Source: a virus (taxonomy: Duplodnaviria; Caudoviricetes). From it: 40,713 bases of DNA. Made by a program: the position numbers and the translations under genes. The DNA lies in the IMG/VR virus record IMGVR_UViG_3300042924_003438, positions 1 to 40,713 of that record; one strand, written 5' to 3'. This document shows, piece after piece, positions 10,217 to 19,300 of this stretch; positions within the stretch are counted from its first letter, which is position 1; each line of letters starts with the position of its first letter. A model generated the notes under the pieces. The model was not told where the DNA came from. It did not search any database and saw only the letters and a program-made list of their open reading frames with translations.

Positions 10217-11597
10217 CAGAAATTTAAAAAGAAACAATAGCCCTTTATTGGCTTCCGTTACTTTGGATACTTCAAACACCATGTTGGTGCAAGAAGATAT
10301 TTTTAATGAACCTTCCAGAGAAAGGCTTGATTTCACGGGGGCAAAGTGGGTTAGGTTCTTTACCCAGAAAGATGACTTTTTAAAAAGTCTCATAGCGATT
10401 GTAAACAATTCCCCAACGCTTCGGCGTATTATTGAGGACAAGGTTAACATGGTTGTCGGTGATGGATTTATTCCAATGAAAGGTAAATCCAACACCTTAC
10501 TTACAACATCAATGAAGGGTGAGGTAATTACCGATGATAGCTTAAATGAGATTGAGGAAGTCATTGGGCAAGTTAACTTGCACGCACAAAACTTGCAAGA
10601 AGTGCTTGGCTCATTGGCTTTTGATTACGATGCTTTTGGAAATTGCTTTGCAGAAATTGTAAGGGGAAAGGTTGGTTCTCAGCCTTTCACCTACATTTAC
10701 CATGTCCCAGTTTACAACATTGGAATTAGAAAAGCGGAGGCTGACCAAATTATAAGGTCGGTTGGCATTTACGACAACTGGGAAGAAGTGCCACTTACAA
10801 CCGAGGGCACATATTACGAAAGAGAAGGCTTTAGAGAAATTCCAATTTACCCAGAGTTTAAGAAATTAGAAGACGGAACGGAGCGCTCAATTATCCACGT
10901 TAAACAATATGCGGCTGGATACTTTTACTTTGGCTTGCCTGAGTGGATAGGGGCGAAAATGTGGGCTGAGATTGAATACAGAATCCAGCGTTTTAATACA
11001 AGCAAGTTTGAAAATGGCTTCATGCCTTCTGGAATTTTACAATTCTTTGGTTCAATGACATCGGTTGAGGCTAAGAGCCTTGTTGAAGGCATTGAATCAA
11101 AGTTTACAGGCATGGGGAATAACCACAAGTTATTCGTTCAAGTTTTACGAGATGAAAAATTAAAGGCTAATTTTATACCTACCTCAAAAGAAAGCGAAGG
11201 CGAATTTTTGAACCTTCAAAACCTTGCAGCTTCAGCGATTGTGGTTGCAAATCGTTGGTCAAAGTCCTTAGCGGGTTTTGCAACGTCGGGACAACTTGGA
11301 AGCAATCAACAAATAAGACAAGAGATGGAATACTTGCAAAATACGGTAATTAAGCCACGGCAAAACCTTTTGTTATCGAAGATTATTAACCCGTTCTTAA
11401 AAGAAATTGGGGTTTATAATCCAGCATTCACCGACGTGACGTTTGGTATTTCCAACACTTTACCCGTGTCTTTTATGGGTGATGTTGCAGTTGAACAAAA
11501 TCTTTCATTAAACGAGAAAAGAGAAATATTGGGTTACGCACCCGTAGAAATAGAACAAACAACCCCAACCAATGAGCCAATTAATACAACCGAGTGA
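10170..11597 (+). CDS. Portal protein (likely start ATG 10170)
   Basis: About 475 aa; SPTLRRII, FGNCFAEI, YFGLPEW, FENGFMPS motifs typical of phage portals. Confidence 0.88.
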   Translation: MSQIKKTIQAVPNRANRNLKRNNSPLLASVTLDTSNTMLVQEDIFNEPSRERLDFTGAKWVRFFTQKDDFLKSLIAIVNNSPTLRRIIEDKVNMVVGDGFIPMKGKSNTLLTTSMKGEVITDDSLNEIEEVIGQVNLHAQNLQEVLGSLAFDYDAFGNCFAEIVRGKVGSQPFTYIYHVPVYNIGIRKAEADQIIRSVGIYDNWEEVPLTTEGTYYEREGFREIPIYPEFKKLEDGTERSIIHVKQYAAGYFYFGLPEWIGAKMWAEIEYRIQRFNTSKFENGFMPSGILQFFGSMTSVEAKSLVEGIESKFTGMGNNHKLFVQVLRDEKLKANFIPTSKESEGEFLNLQNLAASAIVVANRWSKSLAGFATSGQLGSNQQIRQEMEYLQNTVIKPRQNLLLSKIINPFLKEIGVYNPAFTDVTFGISNTLPVSFMGDVAVEQNLSLNEKREILGYAPVEIEQTTPTNEPINTTE

Positions 11598-12114
11598 AGT
11601 AATAGCTGGAGGGGTTGCACGTCCAACACCAGCCGATATAAGACTTGATAAGTCGCTTATTAGCCCACATATTCAAGATGCCGAGTTCCGTTGGATTGTT
11701 CCCGCCATTGGATTAACCTTATATGATTCAATGGTGACAGACAAGGGAAGTTCAACCGCGTTTACATCAACTTCTTATCAAGATATCTGGGACAAACAAT
11801 TAAAATCCTTTTGCGCCAATGCGGTCTTATATGAGGCATCGCCTTATATGGTCATGCAACTTGGTTCAAATGGCTTGTACACTTTAGACAATGAGTATGG
11901 GCAAAACGTCGGGGTTGATGGTTTAAAGTTTTATCAAGATACTTTGTTACAAAGGTTGGACGTAAAAAAGAAAAGGATTAAAGATTTGCTTTGCAATTAC
12001 TCAACACCTTTGACCGCCTTTATTCCCAGCGCCATTGGTTGCCCTGAGTCAACTTGCGATGAACACGAGGAAGAAATAACAGATATTTACAATACTTTAG
12101 GCATTGTGTTATGA
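11572..12114 (+). CDS. Putative head-tail adaptor (DUF6712-like)
   Basis: Follows the portal; ISPHIQDAEFRWIVPAIGLTLY pattern. Confidence 0.6.
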   Translation: MSQLIQPSEVIAGGVARPTPADIRLDKSLISPHIQDAEFRWIVPAIGLTLYDSMVTDKGSSTAFTSTSYQDIWDKQLKSFCANAVLYEASPYMVMQLGSNGLYTLDNEYGQNVGVDGLKFYQDTLLQRLDVKKKRIKDLLCNYSTPLTAFIPSAIGCPESTCDEHEEEITDIYNTLGIVL

Positions 12115-15100
12115 TAGAGAAACCAAAAAAAGAAAGGCGATTCCTCAAGGCATTGGGGCGCGTCGGTGAAATATTATTACAAGAGGTTTTAATCAAAGTC
12201 GGGAGTAGTTTAATTAAGAGGATTGGAGGCAAAAAACAAATACCTTCAATTCTTTTTTTATTCCTTTCTATTAGCCTTTACGGTCAATTCCCTATTAATA
12301 TAAATAAACAAAGATTAGGTTTCCAGACCACGGCAGACGGATTGGTTTGGCGGGGTTCAATTTCCGATACGGCAAGCATTCAACCAGTTTCAAATCAAAA
12401 CGCATGGGTTATTCTTGACACCGTTAATCTAAAAATATATTCCTTTGATTTTACTTCCAATGTTTGGAATCAATTACCATCGGGCTCAACAGTTGATACA
12501 ACAACATTAAGTAATAGAATTAATTTAAAATTAAATATAAGCGATACGGCGGCAATGCTTTTGCCTTATGCTAAAAAAAGTTATGTCGATACGGCTGGCA
12601 GATTTTACGCGCGTCAAGACTTTACGAATGTTTCTTCCTCAACCTTGACTTGGACGCAAACGGACACATTAGTCCCAGCTGGTGTAAACGTGGTGCAAGT
12701 TTATAGAAACGGTCAAATACTTTTGCCAACCCAATATACCATACCAACAAACGCATCAGTTGTCATTGGTGCAACTGCTTTTAAGTTAGGGGAAAATTAT
12801 ACAGTTATATTTCCTAAAGGTGGAGGCGGTTCGGGTAGTGGTGGTTCGGGTTCACTAACCTCTATTTCTGGAGGAACAGGAATAACGGTAAGTCCTGACC
12901 CAATAACAACCACGGGCACGGTGTCGGCTGACCTTACCGTATTAATGGAGTTATCTGATACGGTTACGTTATCCAATAGAATAAATAATAAGGTAAATAT
13001 TTCTGATACGGCTTCAATGCTTCTTCCTTATTTCCGTGATGCCGATACCTCTTTATTAAATCTTACTTCCAGATTTGCATTAAAATTAAATGCAGCAGAC
13101 ACGGCTTCATTGTCCTCAAGAATAAATACTAAGGGAACAGTATCAAGCGTTGCAACGGGCTTCGGCTTGCTCGGTGGAACAATCACAACGACAGGAACTT
13201 TACTACTTGATTCGGCGGTTGTATTTACACGGATACGGGATTCGATTGTTGACGTTGCTATTGGGAATGATACGATAAAGATTTTAAAACAAGAATACGC
13301 ACCAGCCTTAACAAGCGTTTTGACTTGGACGATAACGCCTAAGTTTCCAATTCAATTAAAGGCGTATATTTTAGTGTTTAGAAATGGTCAACTATTAAAT
13401 AATGACCAATATAATTTAACAGATACAAATAAAATTACCATTGTTTCTACCTCTTTCAAAGTTGGGGCTAATTATACCGTCGCAACAGTCAGCGGAATTG
13501 GTTCGGTTGGTTCGGCTCAAGGTGACCCTGTTTATCCTGAGGCTGGTATTGCCTTGTCAACTGGTTCAACTTGGGCGTCATCTATTCCTAATAATTCGGT
13601 TAATTGGAACATTGCATACAATGATAAAATAAACAATGCAGTTTTTACGGGAACAGATACAAAAACATTAACCTTAACCCAGTTAGATGGTGGAACATTT
13701 GCGCCAACGTTTAACGATTTGCAAGGGGTGACGGGTGTAACGGCGGGAACAGGGTTAACGGGTGGAACAATAAGTACAACAGGCACGGTGGCGGTTGATT
13801 TTGGTGTGGTTGCGCCTTTGGCAAATCCCACATTTACGGGTACGGTTGGAGGTATTACTAAAAGTATGGTTGGTTTAGGAAATGTAGATAATACGTCGGA
13901 TGCTAATAAACCCGTATCAACCGCAACACAAACAGCGTTGAATTTAAAGTTTAATACCGCAGATACAACATTATTAAACCTTACTTCCAGATTTGCGGCA
14001 AAGCAAAACACATTAACCAACCCAGTTACGGGAACGGGAACAACAAATACTTTGCCATTATTTACAGGCACATCTACATTAGGTAATTCTGTCATTCAAG
14101 AAAGTAGCGGAAATATTGGCATAGGTGTAGCCCCAACGTCAAACTTAGAATTAGCGAAAGGTAAATTTATTACATTAAATAGTAGTGGTTCACCTTTTCA
14201 AGATTCTTCTGGTATAATGCTATACGAAGTAGGTACTAAAACTGCAAATGATATAAATTTTGGTGCAAAAATTATGTATAATGGAGATTCAGATAATTTT
14301 GAAATTAAAATGAAAAATTTTAATGGAACAACTTTATTTAATCCTCCCGTATCAATATCAATTCCTCGTGTAACTGGCAATGTTAATATAGGAACATCTC
14401 TTGCGGTCACAGGCGCAATTACCGAAGGCGGTAACAATGTTTTAACCAACCTTGACACCGTGAGCCTAAGTAATCGTATTGATGCAAAATTAAATAAAAC
14501 AGATACGGCTTCTTTATCAAGTAGGATTGACCTAAAATTAAATAAAACCGACACGGCTTCATTATCAAGTCGTATTGATAGTAAAGTATCTTTAACAGGA
14601 GACCAAACAATTAATGGAATTAAAACATTTGGAAACCAAGTTAATATGTCGGGGCAAATCACGATAAGTGGTTCGGTTTCGGGAGCAAATAGATTACTTG
14701 GTAAAAATACAAGTAATAATGGTGTAGGTGATATTACGCTTGGCACAGGATTGAGCCTTGCAAGTAATATTTTGACTGCAAGCGGAACAGATACGAGCTC
14801 ACTTTCAGATAGAATAAATTTAAAATACAATAGTTCTGGTGGCACAATTTCGGGAGCGGTCACTCTTTCCACAACCTCTGCAACTCCTACAAGTTTACTT
14901 GGCAAAGATGGAAGCAATGTGGTTGGAATGGTTACAACGGTGGCACAAACGGGGTTATTTGGAAGAGGTTCAGTATCAAATGAAGAAACAGATGCAAATG
15001 GAAATATTACCGTTGCGCATGGGTTTAACTTTACTCCTATTATGGCATTTGCAAATCTTCCAGGACAAACAACTAATATTATAAATGTCAAAGAGGTTGA

Positions 15101-15197
15101 TGCAACAAATATTACTTTTGTTGTAAGAGATGGAGCAACAAACAACGTATTAAATACGCAAACGGTAACTAAAATTGAATTTTTCGCAATAAAATAA
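12111..15197 (+). CDS. Tail-fibre-like protein with extended signal peptide and DTxxLSxRI repeats
   Basis: Fibre motifs (TKSMVGLGNVDNTSDANKPVSTATQTAL, APLANPTFTGT, GDQTINGIKTF, GNIGIG); hydrophobic ILFLFLSISLYG followed by Q59. Confidence 0.75.
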   Translation: MIEKPKKERRFLKALGRVGEILLQEVLIKVGSSLIKRIGGKKQIPSILFLFLSISLYGQFPININKQRLGFQTTADGLVWRGSISDTASIQPVSNQNAWVILDTVNLKIYSFDFTSNVWNQLPSGSTVDTTTLSNRINLKLNISDTAAMLLPYAKKSYVDTAGRFYARQDFTNVSSSTLTWTQTDTLVPAGVNVVQVYRNGQILLPTQYTIPTNASVVIGATAFKLGENYTVIFPKGGGGSGSGGSGSLTSISGGTGITVSPDPITTTGTVSADLTVLMELSDTVTLSNRINNKVNISDTASMLLPYFRDADTSLLNLTSRFALKLNAADTASLSSRINTKGTVSSVATGFGLLGGTITTTGTLLLDSAVVFTRIRDSIVDVAIGNDTIKILKQEYAPALTSVLTWTITPKFPIQLKAYILVFRNGQLLNNDQYNLTDTNKITIVSTSFKVGANYTVATVSGIGSVGSAQGDPVYPEAGIALSTGSTWASSIPNNSVNWNIAYNDKINNAVFTGTDTKTLTLTQLDGGTFAPTFNDLQGVTGVTAGTGLTGGTISTTGTVAVDFGVVAPLANPTFTGTVGGITKSMVGLGNVDNTSDANKPVSTATQTALNLKFNTADTTLLNLTSRFAAKQNTLTNPVTGTGTTNTLPLFTGTSTLGNSVIQESSGNIGIGVAPTSNLELAKGKFITLNSSGSPFQDSSGIMLYEVGTKTANDINFGAKIMYNGDSDNFEIKMKNFNGTTLFNPPVSISIPRVTGNVNIGTSLAVTGAITEGGNNVLTNLDTVSLSNRIDAKLNKTDTASLSSRIDLKLNKTDTASLSSRIDSKVSLTGDQTINGIKTFGNQVNMSGQITISGSVSGANRLLGKNTSNNGVGDITLGTGLSLASNILTASGTDTSSLSDRINLKYNSSGGTISGAVTLSTTSATPTSLLGKDGSNVVGMVTTVAQTGLFGRGSVSNEETDANGNITVAHGFNFTPIMAFANLPGQTTNIINVKEVDATNITFVVRDGATNNVLNTQTVTKIEFFAIK
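14454..14586 (+). repeat. Tandem 48-bp coding repeat, about 3 copies (DT[V/A]SLS[N/S]RIDxKLNKT)
   Basis: gacaccgtgagcctaagtaatcgtattgat / gatacggcttctttatcaagtaggattgac / gacacggcttcattatcaagtcgtattgat. Confidence 0.85.
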
Positions 15198-15202
15198 TAA
15201 AC

Positions 15203-16375
15203 ATGAAACAACTCCTTTCCCTTTTCCTCTTCCTTGTCCCTTGCCTTGCATGGGCACAGTATCCGAGCAATGGCAATCAAAAGATAACACTGGGTGAACA
15301 GACGACTGCCGACGGGCTAATTTGGCGTGGGGTAGCTTCTGATACTACCTTGACTGTAAAGAGTGACACGGCTGCTTATTTTGTTCTTGATACGGCAAAC
15401 ATAAATTTATACACTTACAAGGCTTCGGCAACTGGTCGAAAATGGCGGCAACTTGGAGTAGACACGGCAGCTATTGCCTATGTGAACACCTATGGAACGC
15501 AAACGGTAAATGGTGCAAAAACATTTAGCGCCGCAACTACTTTTAGTAATACGGCAACGGCTACTAAATTTATACCAACAGATAGCGTAAGAGCAGGTTA
15601 TGGTATGTATAGAGTAAACTCAAAAACAGTTGGAATAAATGCAAATGGCATTGCTCCTTTCAGGATTACAGATGATGGAAACTGGGGTTTAATTGACGAA
15701 AATCCACAAAATTTACTAACAACTTTCTCATCTAATGCAAGAGGTGGTGTTATTTCTAATAGTTACCCTATATTAATGTTTAATGAAGTCGGTAAATCAA
15801 AGTTCGTTTTTGGTTTAGATGAAAATGAAGGTTATTTATTTGGCTTTACAGATGTAAAATTAATAATAGCAACAAATGGTACCGAAAAAATGCGTGTAGA
15901 AACAAGCGGTAACGTTGGCATTGCAACTCCAAATCCAACCGAAAAACTGCACGTTGTCGGCAATACAAGGATAACGGGCAATGTTGGAATAGGTGTTACT
16001 ACTCCAACAAATGCTATTGACATGGTTGGGCAAATAAGAATGACAGGCGCAACTATTGCATCTGGTTTAACTAAAAATATTAATATTAGTGGTGCTCAAA
16101 ATTTTACTGATGATGAGGTAAAAACTATATCTGCTGGTAATGTTACTTTTATAATGGTATCAGATAATAACACAGGAGGTGGTGCTTTATTTTTTGCGTC
16201 GTATGCTTCTGGTACAGTGGTAAAAATAGCAGACCCAAGTAATTTTGGAGCAGTTACAGATTTAGATGGTTTTGTTTGTGTTTACAAAAGTGCAAGCAGT
16301 GCTACTATAAATGTTAAAAATAGATTAGGTTCAACAAAAAGTATAACTGTAAGTCAAATAACAGTTGGAGATTAA
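15203..16375 (+). CDS. Second fibre-like protein with Sec signal peptide
   Basis: MKQLLSLFLFLVPCLAWA|Q; N-terminal domain paralogous to 12111 (QTTADGL[VI]WRG); GTQTVNGAKTF and EKMRVETSGNVGIATPNPTEKLHVVGN fibre-type motifs. Confidence 0.75.
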   Translation: MKQLLSLFLFLVPCLAWAQYPSNGNQKITLGEQTTADGLIWRGVASDTTLTVKSDTAAYFVLDTANINLYTYKASATGRKWRQLGVDTAAIAYVNTYGTQTVNGAKTFSAATTFSNTATATKFIPTDSVRAGYGMYRVNSKTVGINANGIAPFRITDDGNWGLIDENPQNLLTTFSSNARGGVISNSYPILMFNEVGKSKFVFGLDENEGYLFGFTDVKLIIATNGTEKMRVETSGNVGIATPNPTEKLHVVGNTRITGNVGIGVTTPTNAIDMVGQIRMTGATIASGLTKNINISGAQNFTDDEVKTISAGNVTFIMVSDNNTGGGALFFASYASGTVVKIADPSNFGAVTDLDGFVCVYKSASSATINVKNRLGSTKSITVSQITVGD

Positions 16376-16393
16376 TTTTTAAAAAAAATAAAC

Positions 16394-17017
16394 ATGAAAA
16401 ACTTAAATTTTTTTATCATCTTTTTATTGCCTTTTACAATTTATTGTCAAAATGTAATATCAGACACAAGTTATGTGATTTCTGAAAATGGGTATTTTTA
16501 TTTAAATAATACAATTAATTACGATGACAATAGTTATGTAATTAATAAAACATTTATTGGAGATACTGTTCAATTTTACGCATCAACTCTTAGAAATTTT
16601 CAAAATAAAGCATCTGATTTTAGTATAAAAGTTGTAAGAACAAATATGTTTTCAAAGGAAATTTCCGCTGCTATTCGTGAAAATAAAAACATCGAATTAA
16701 TTACTGGCAAAAATCCTATTGATACTTTAGGTTTACAAACTTTTAAATTTTTATCTGATGATAAATTTAAATGGTCAATAAATACTGGTAGTGGATTTAT
16801 CCCGATTACATTTAATATTACCGTTGCAAAGGTTTTGCGTTATTCTATTGATAATACTGCATCTCGTACAATGTACGGTTTTGGACAAAATGTAATTAGG
16901 TTAACATCCTTTCCAACAACTGGTAATTTTCTCGATTTGTATTGGGACGAAGGAAGGAAATTATATGTTAGTCAAGATGGAAAAAGTATTGTTAAACGCT
17001 TAGTATTAAACCGATGA
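16394..17017 (+). CDS. Hypothetical secreted protein
   Basis: MKNLNFFIIFLLPFTIYC|Q signal-peptide-like N-terminus. Confidence 0.6.
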   Translation: MKNLNFFIIFLLPFTIYCQNVISDTSYVISENGYFYLNNTINYDDNSYVINKTFIGDTVQFYASTLRNFQNKASDFSIKVVRTNMFSKEISAAIRENKNIELITGKNPIDTLGLQTFKFLSDDKFKWSINTGSGFIPITFNITVAKVLRYSIDNTASRTMYGFGQNVIRLTSFPTTGNFLDLYWDEGRKLYVSQDGKSIVKRLVLNR

Positions 17018-17418
17018 AAGCAGTTATCTACAACATTTTTAAACTTGGTTACGATGGCATTGCCTATTCCATTTGTTGCGGAGTGCTATTCTCGTTTTTC
17101 CTACCCATCAAACATTTTTTGATTTTTACAATCTTTGTAGTTTTTGCAGACACGGTCACGGGAATCATGGCGGCAAGGAAAAGGGGAGAGGCGATAACGA
17201 GCAAAGGGCTTTATCGCACATCGCAAAAGGTGGTGACCTATTTCTGCGGTATAATGATTTTTCACGGGGCAAGTATAACTTTTGGACTGCCATCGCAAAT
17301 CACCTATTCTGTAAGCTTCATCATTGCAGCCACGGAATTGTTTAGTATTTCGGAAAATATAAAGTCCATAACTGGAACAAATATTGGTACAATTATTCTT
17401 AGATTTTTCAGACGTTAA
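17014..17418 (+). CDS. Holin (phage holin 4-1-like)
   Basis: Several TM segments; ADTVTG...ITSKGL...K and ELFSISENI motifs; upstream of the amidase. Confidence 0.85.
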   Translation: MKAVIYNIFKLGYDGIAYSICCGVLFSFFLPIKHFLIFTIFVVFADTVTGIMAARKRGEAITSKGLYRTSQKVVTYFCGIMIFHGASITFGLPSQITYSVSFIIAATELFSISENIKSITGTNIGTIILRFFRR

Positions 17419-17429
17419 AACAAAATAAA

Positions 17430-17726
17430 ATGATACAAACTAATTTAAAGGATGCCCTTAAAAATGCAGATGGAATAAAGTCACCAATGGGCGACGTGGC
17501 TTGTTACTCAATGAACTTTGCGGAATTAGCCTCGGAGATAAATGTTCATCTTGAAGGCAACAAGGTAAAATTTACTTGGCGCGAGTACATCCAACTTGCT
17601 CAAATCATTTGGGATAAAATCAAGGAGACAAGCCGCGAATGTGCTGGTAAAGAGATTTCGGTTAGTTTACCGCCAAAATTTTCTATAATTTCAGCTGCAT
17701 TTTCGCTCATCGGGTTTAAGTTATAG
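17430..17726 (+). CDS. Hypothetical protein in lysis cassette
   Basis: Between holin and amidase; hydrophobic C-terminus. Confidence 0.6.
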   Translation: MIQTNLKDALKNADGIKSPMGDVACYSMNFAELASEINVHLEGNKVKFTWREYIQLAQIIWDKIKETSRECAGKEISVSLPPKFSIISAAFSLIGFKL

Positions 17727-17798
17727 GCGCAGAGAATCGCTACCTTATGCGTTTACAGGGCGGTGCATTGATTTGCGTCGCCCTTAAAAATATAAAAT

Positions 17799-18458
17799 AT
17801 GAAAGCAAATAAATTTTGTGTTTTCCTTGATGCTGGACACGGCGGCATCGATGCAAAGAAAAAGTTACCGTTTAATTACACAACCTACCCATCAAAGTGC
17901 TTCCAGCATAACAACTCAATGTTCCACGGTTACGGTTGGTTTTTTGAAGGCGTATTCAACAGGGAAGTCGCTGCAAAGATTGAGCAGTATTTAAAGGACT
18001 GGGGATTGTCGGTTATCAATGTTTACGACCCTGTCATTGATATTAGCCTTACTAAGCGCGTAGCAAAGGCAAACATGAACGCCCAGAACTATGAGGCTTC
18101 CTTGTTCCTCAGTATCCACGGCAACGCAGCAACACCAACCGCAAGGGGCTTTGAAGTGTTTACATCAATCGGGCAAACAAAGGCTGATATTTACGCCACC
18201 TTCCTTTTTGATGAAGTCAAGGAGGCTTTCCCAAAATGGGTTTATAGAATGGACACGATTGACAATGACCCAGACAAGGAGGCTAATTTCTTTGTACTGA
18301 GCCAAACCAGTATGCCAGCCGTCTTATCGGAAAACGGTTTCTTTACCAATTACAAAGATGCCGTCATGATGTTCGACCCAGCCTTCCAAGATACATTGGC
18401 GCTTTGTCATGCACGGGCGGTGGTTGATTACGCAAAGACGCAAGGGGTTACCTTTTAA
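17799..18458 (+). CDS. Endolysin, N-acetylmuramoyl-L-alanine amidase (Amidase_3)
   Basis: LDAGHGG, E (FEGVFN), FLSIHGNA, PAVLSENGF zinc-amidase motifs. Confidence 0.93.
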   Translation: MKANKFCVFLDAGHGGIDAKKKLPFNYTTYPSKCFQHNNSMFHGYGWFFEGVFNREVAAKIEQYLKDWGLSVINVYDPVIDISLTKRVAKANMNAQNYEASLFLSIHGNAATPTARGFEVFTSIGQTKADIYATFLFDEVKEAFPKWVYRMDTIDNDPDKEANFFVLSQTSMPAVLSENGFFTNYKDAVMMFDPAFQDTLALCHARAVVDYAKTQGVTF

Positions 18459-18462
18459 AATG

Positions 18463-18492
18463 AAAAGGGTTGACGCAACTGCCAACCCTCTA
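18463..18492. terminator. Hairpin between the convergent late and early arms
   Basis: agggttg...caaccct stem with an A-run on the left (U-tract on the - strand). Confidence 0.6.
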
Positions 18493-18540
18493 ATTCACCA
18501 CTCCTAAACTAAATAACATAAAACAAACGTAATCAATTTC

Positions 18541-18828
18541 TTAGTTTATAATTTGATTTATAATTTTCAAAGATAAATTTGTGACGGTGTCCCCGTCCGT
18601 GCTTTTATACAACCGATAAGCGATTGTAAGCATTCGCCCTTTGTCCATTGACTCAATAGGCGGCTTCCCGTTTGGAAGTAATGGCTCAAGATAAAATTTT
18701 AATAATGCTATTTTGCTATTTAAACCGTCTGAAAATCTAATCGGTTTCGGGTAAGTTTTAGCAATCCTTTCAATTTCCTTCCAAGTGCTGATTTCGATGC
18801 CGTCTATTAATTCACTATTTCTTTTCAT
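18541..18828 (-). CDS. Hypothetical protein (likely start ATG 18828)
   Basis: ORF overlapping the resolvase stop region. Confidence 0.55.
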   Translation of the reverse strand: MKRNSELIDGIEISTWKEIERIAKTYPKPIRFSDGLNSKIALLKFYLEPLLPNGKPPIESMDKGRMLTIAYRLYKSTDGDTVTNLSLKIINQIIN

Positions 18829-19300
18829 GTTTTTGGTAATTTTTAGCCTGTAAAGCAAGAGTAAAACAATCGATTTCGTCCTGACTTATTTTGGCAGTTT
18901 TAAAATTTGGTTCAAACTTATAACCTTCGCTTTGGAAGATTTTTAAAAATATTTCTTTTTTCCACTTCTTCCCCTTTTGCTCAGGGCTGATGTTGTAACC
19001 CTCGTACCCGTTTTCCTTAATCCATTCATAAGCTATTCTTGATGCACCTTGATTCATGCCGACGTTTCGGGACATACGGGAAAGGATAGCGCGGTTAATG
19101 GAAGAGTTGAAAGTTACATTTTGTAGGCTGGAATCTTCAACCAGTACAACAGGGTTTTCGTATTGTGTCCACTTTGGAACGTCGAGGATAAAATCCACGA
19201 ACCTTTTGTATTTCGTGAATCTTACCTCTTTGCCTTGAATGATACAAGCCGCCATTCCGTTTATTCTTATTGCTGGGTCAACCCCGATGTATGTCCTCAA
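18815..19300 (-). CDS. RuvC-like Holliday junction resolvase
   Basis: YIGVDP, VLVED, SQDEIDC RNase H-fold acidic residues. Confidence 0.7.
   Translation of the reverse strand: MRTYIGVDPAIRINGMAACIIQGKEVRFTKYKRFVDFILDVPKWTQYENPVVLVEDSSLQNVTFNSSINRAILSRMSRNVGMNQGASRIAYEWIKENGYEGYNISPEQKGKKWKKEIFLKIFQSEGYKFEPNFKTAKISQDEIDCFTLALQAKNYQKHEKK

Noticed and set aside
12132-12149. Tat signal (ERRFLK) in the large fibre
   Set aside because: Lacks the RRxFLK spacing, and the hydrophobic core is more than 30 residues away; not supportable without prediction tools
13532-15280. Long antisense ORFs (13532..14095, 14198..15280) and similar ones (4162..4509, 34881..35552)
   Set aside because: Shadow frames of well-supported + strand genes, with no recognisable motifs
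12111-16375. Diversity-generating retroelement or invertible fibre cassette
   Set aside because: No reverse transcriptase or recombinase gene, and no adenine-specific template/variable repeat pair seen
18494-18535. Leader-like sequence (ttcaccactcctaaactaaataac...) on the + strand after the amidase
   Set aside because: Resembles the early leader, but no start codon or ORF follows; no function can be supported
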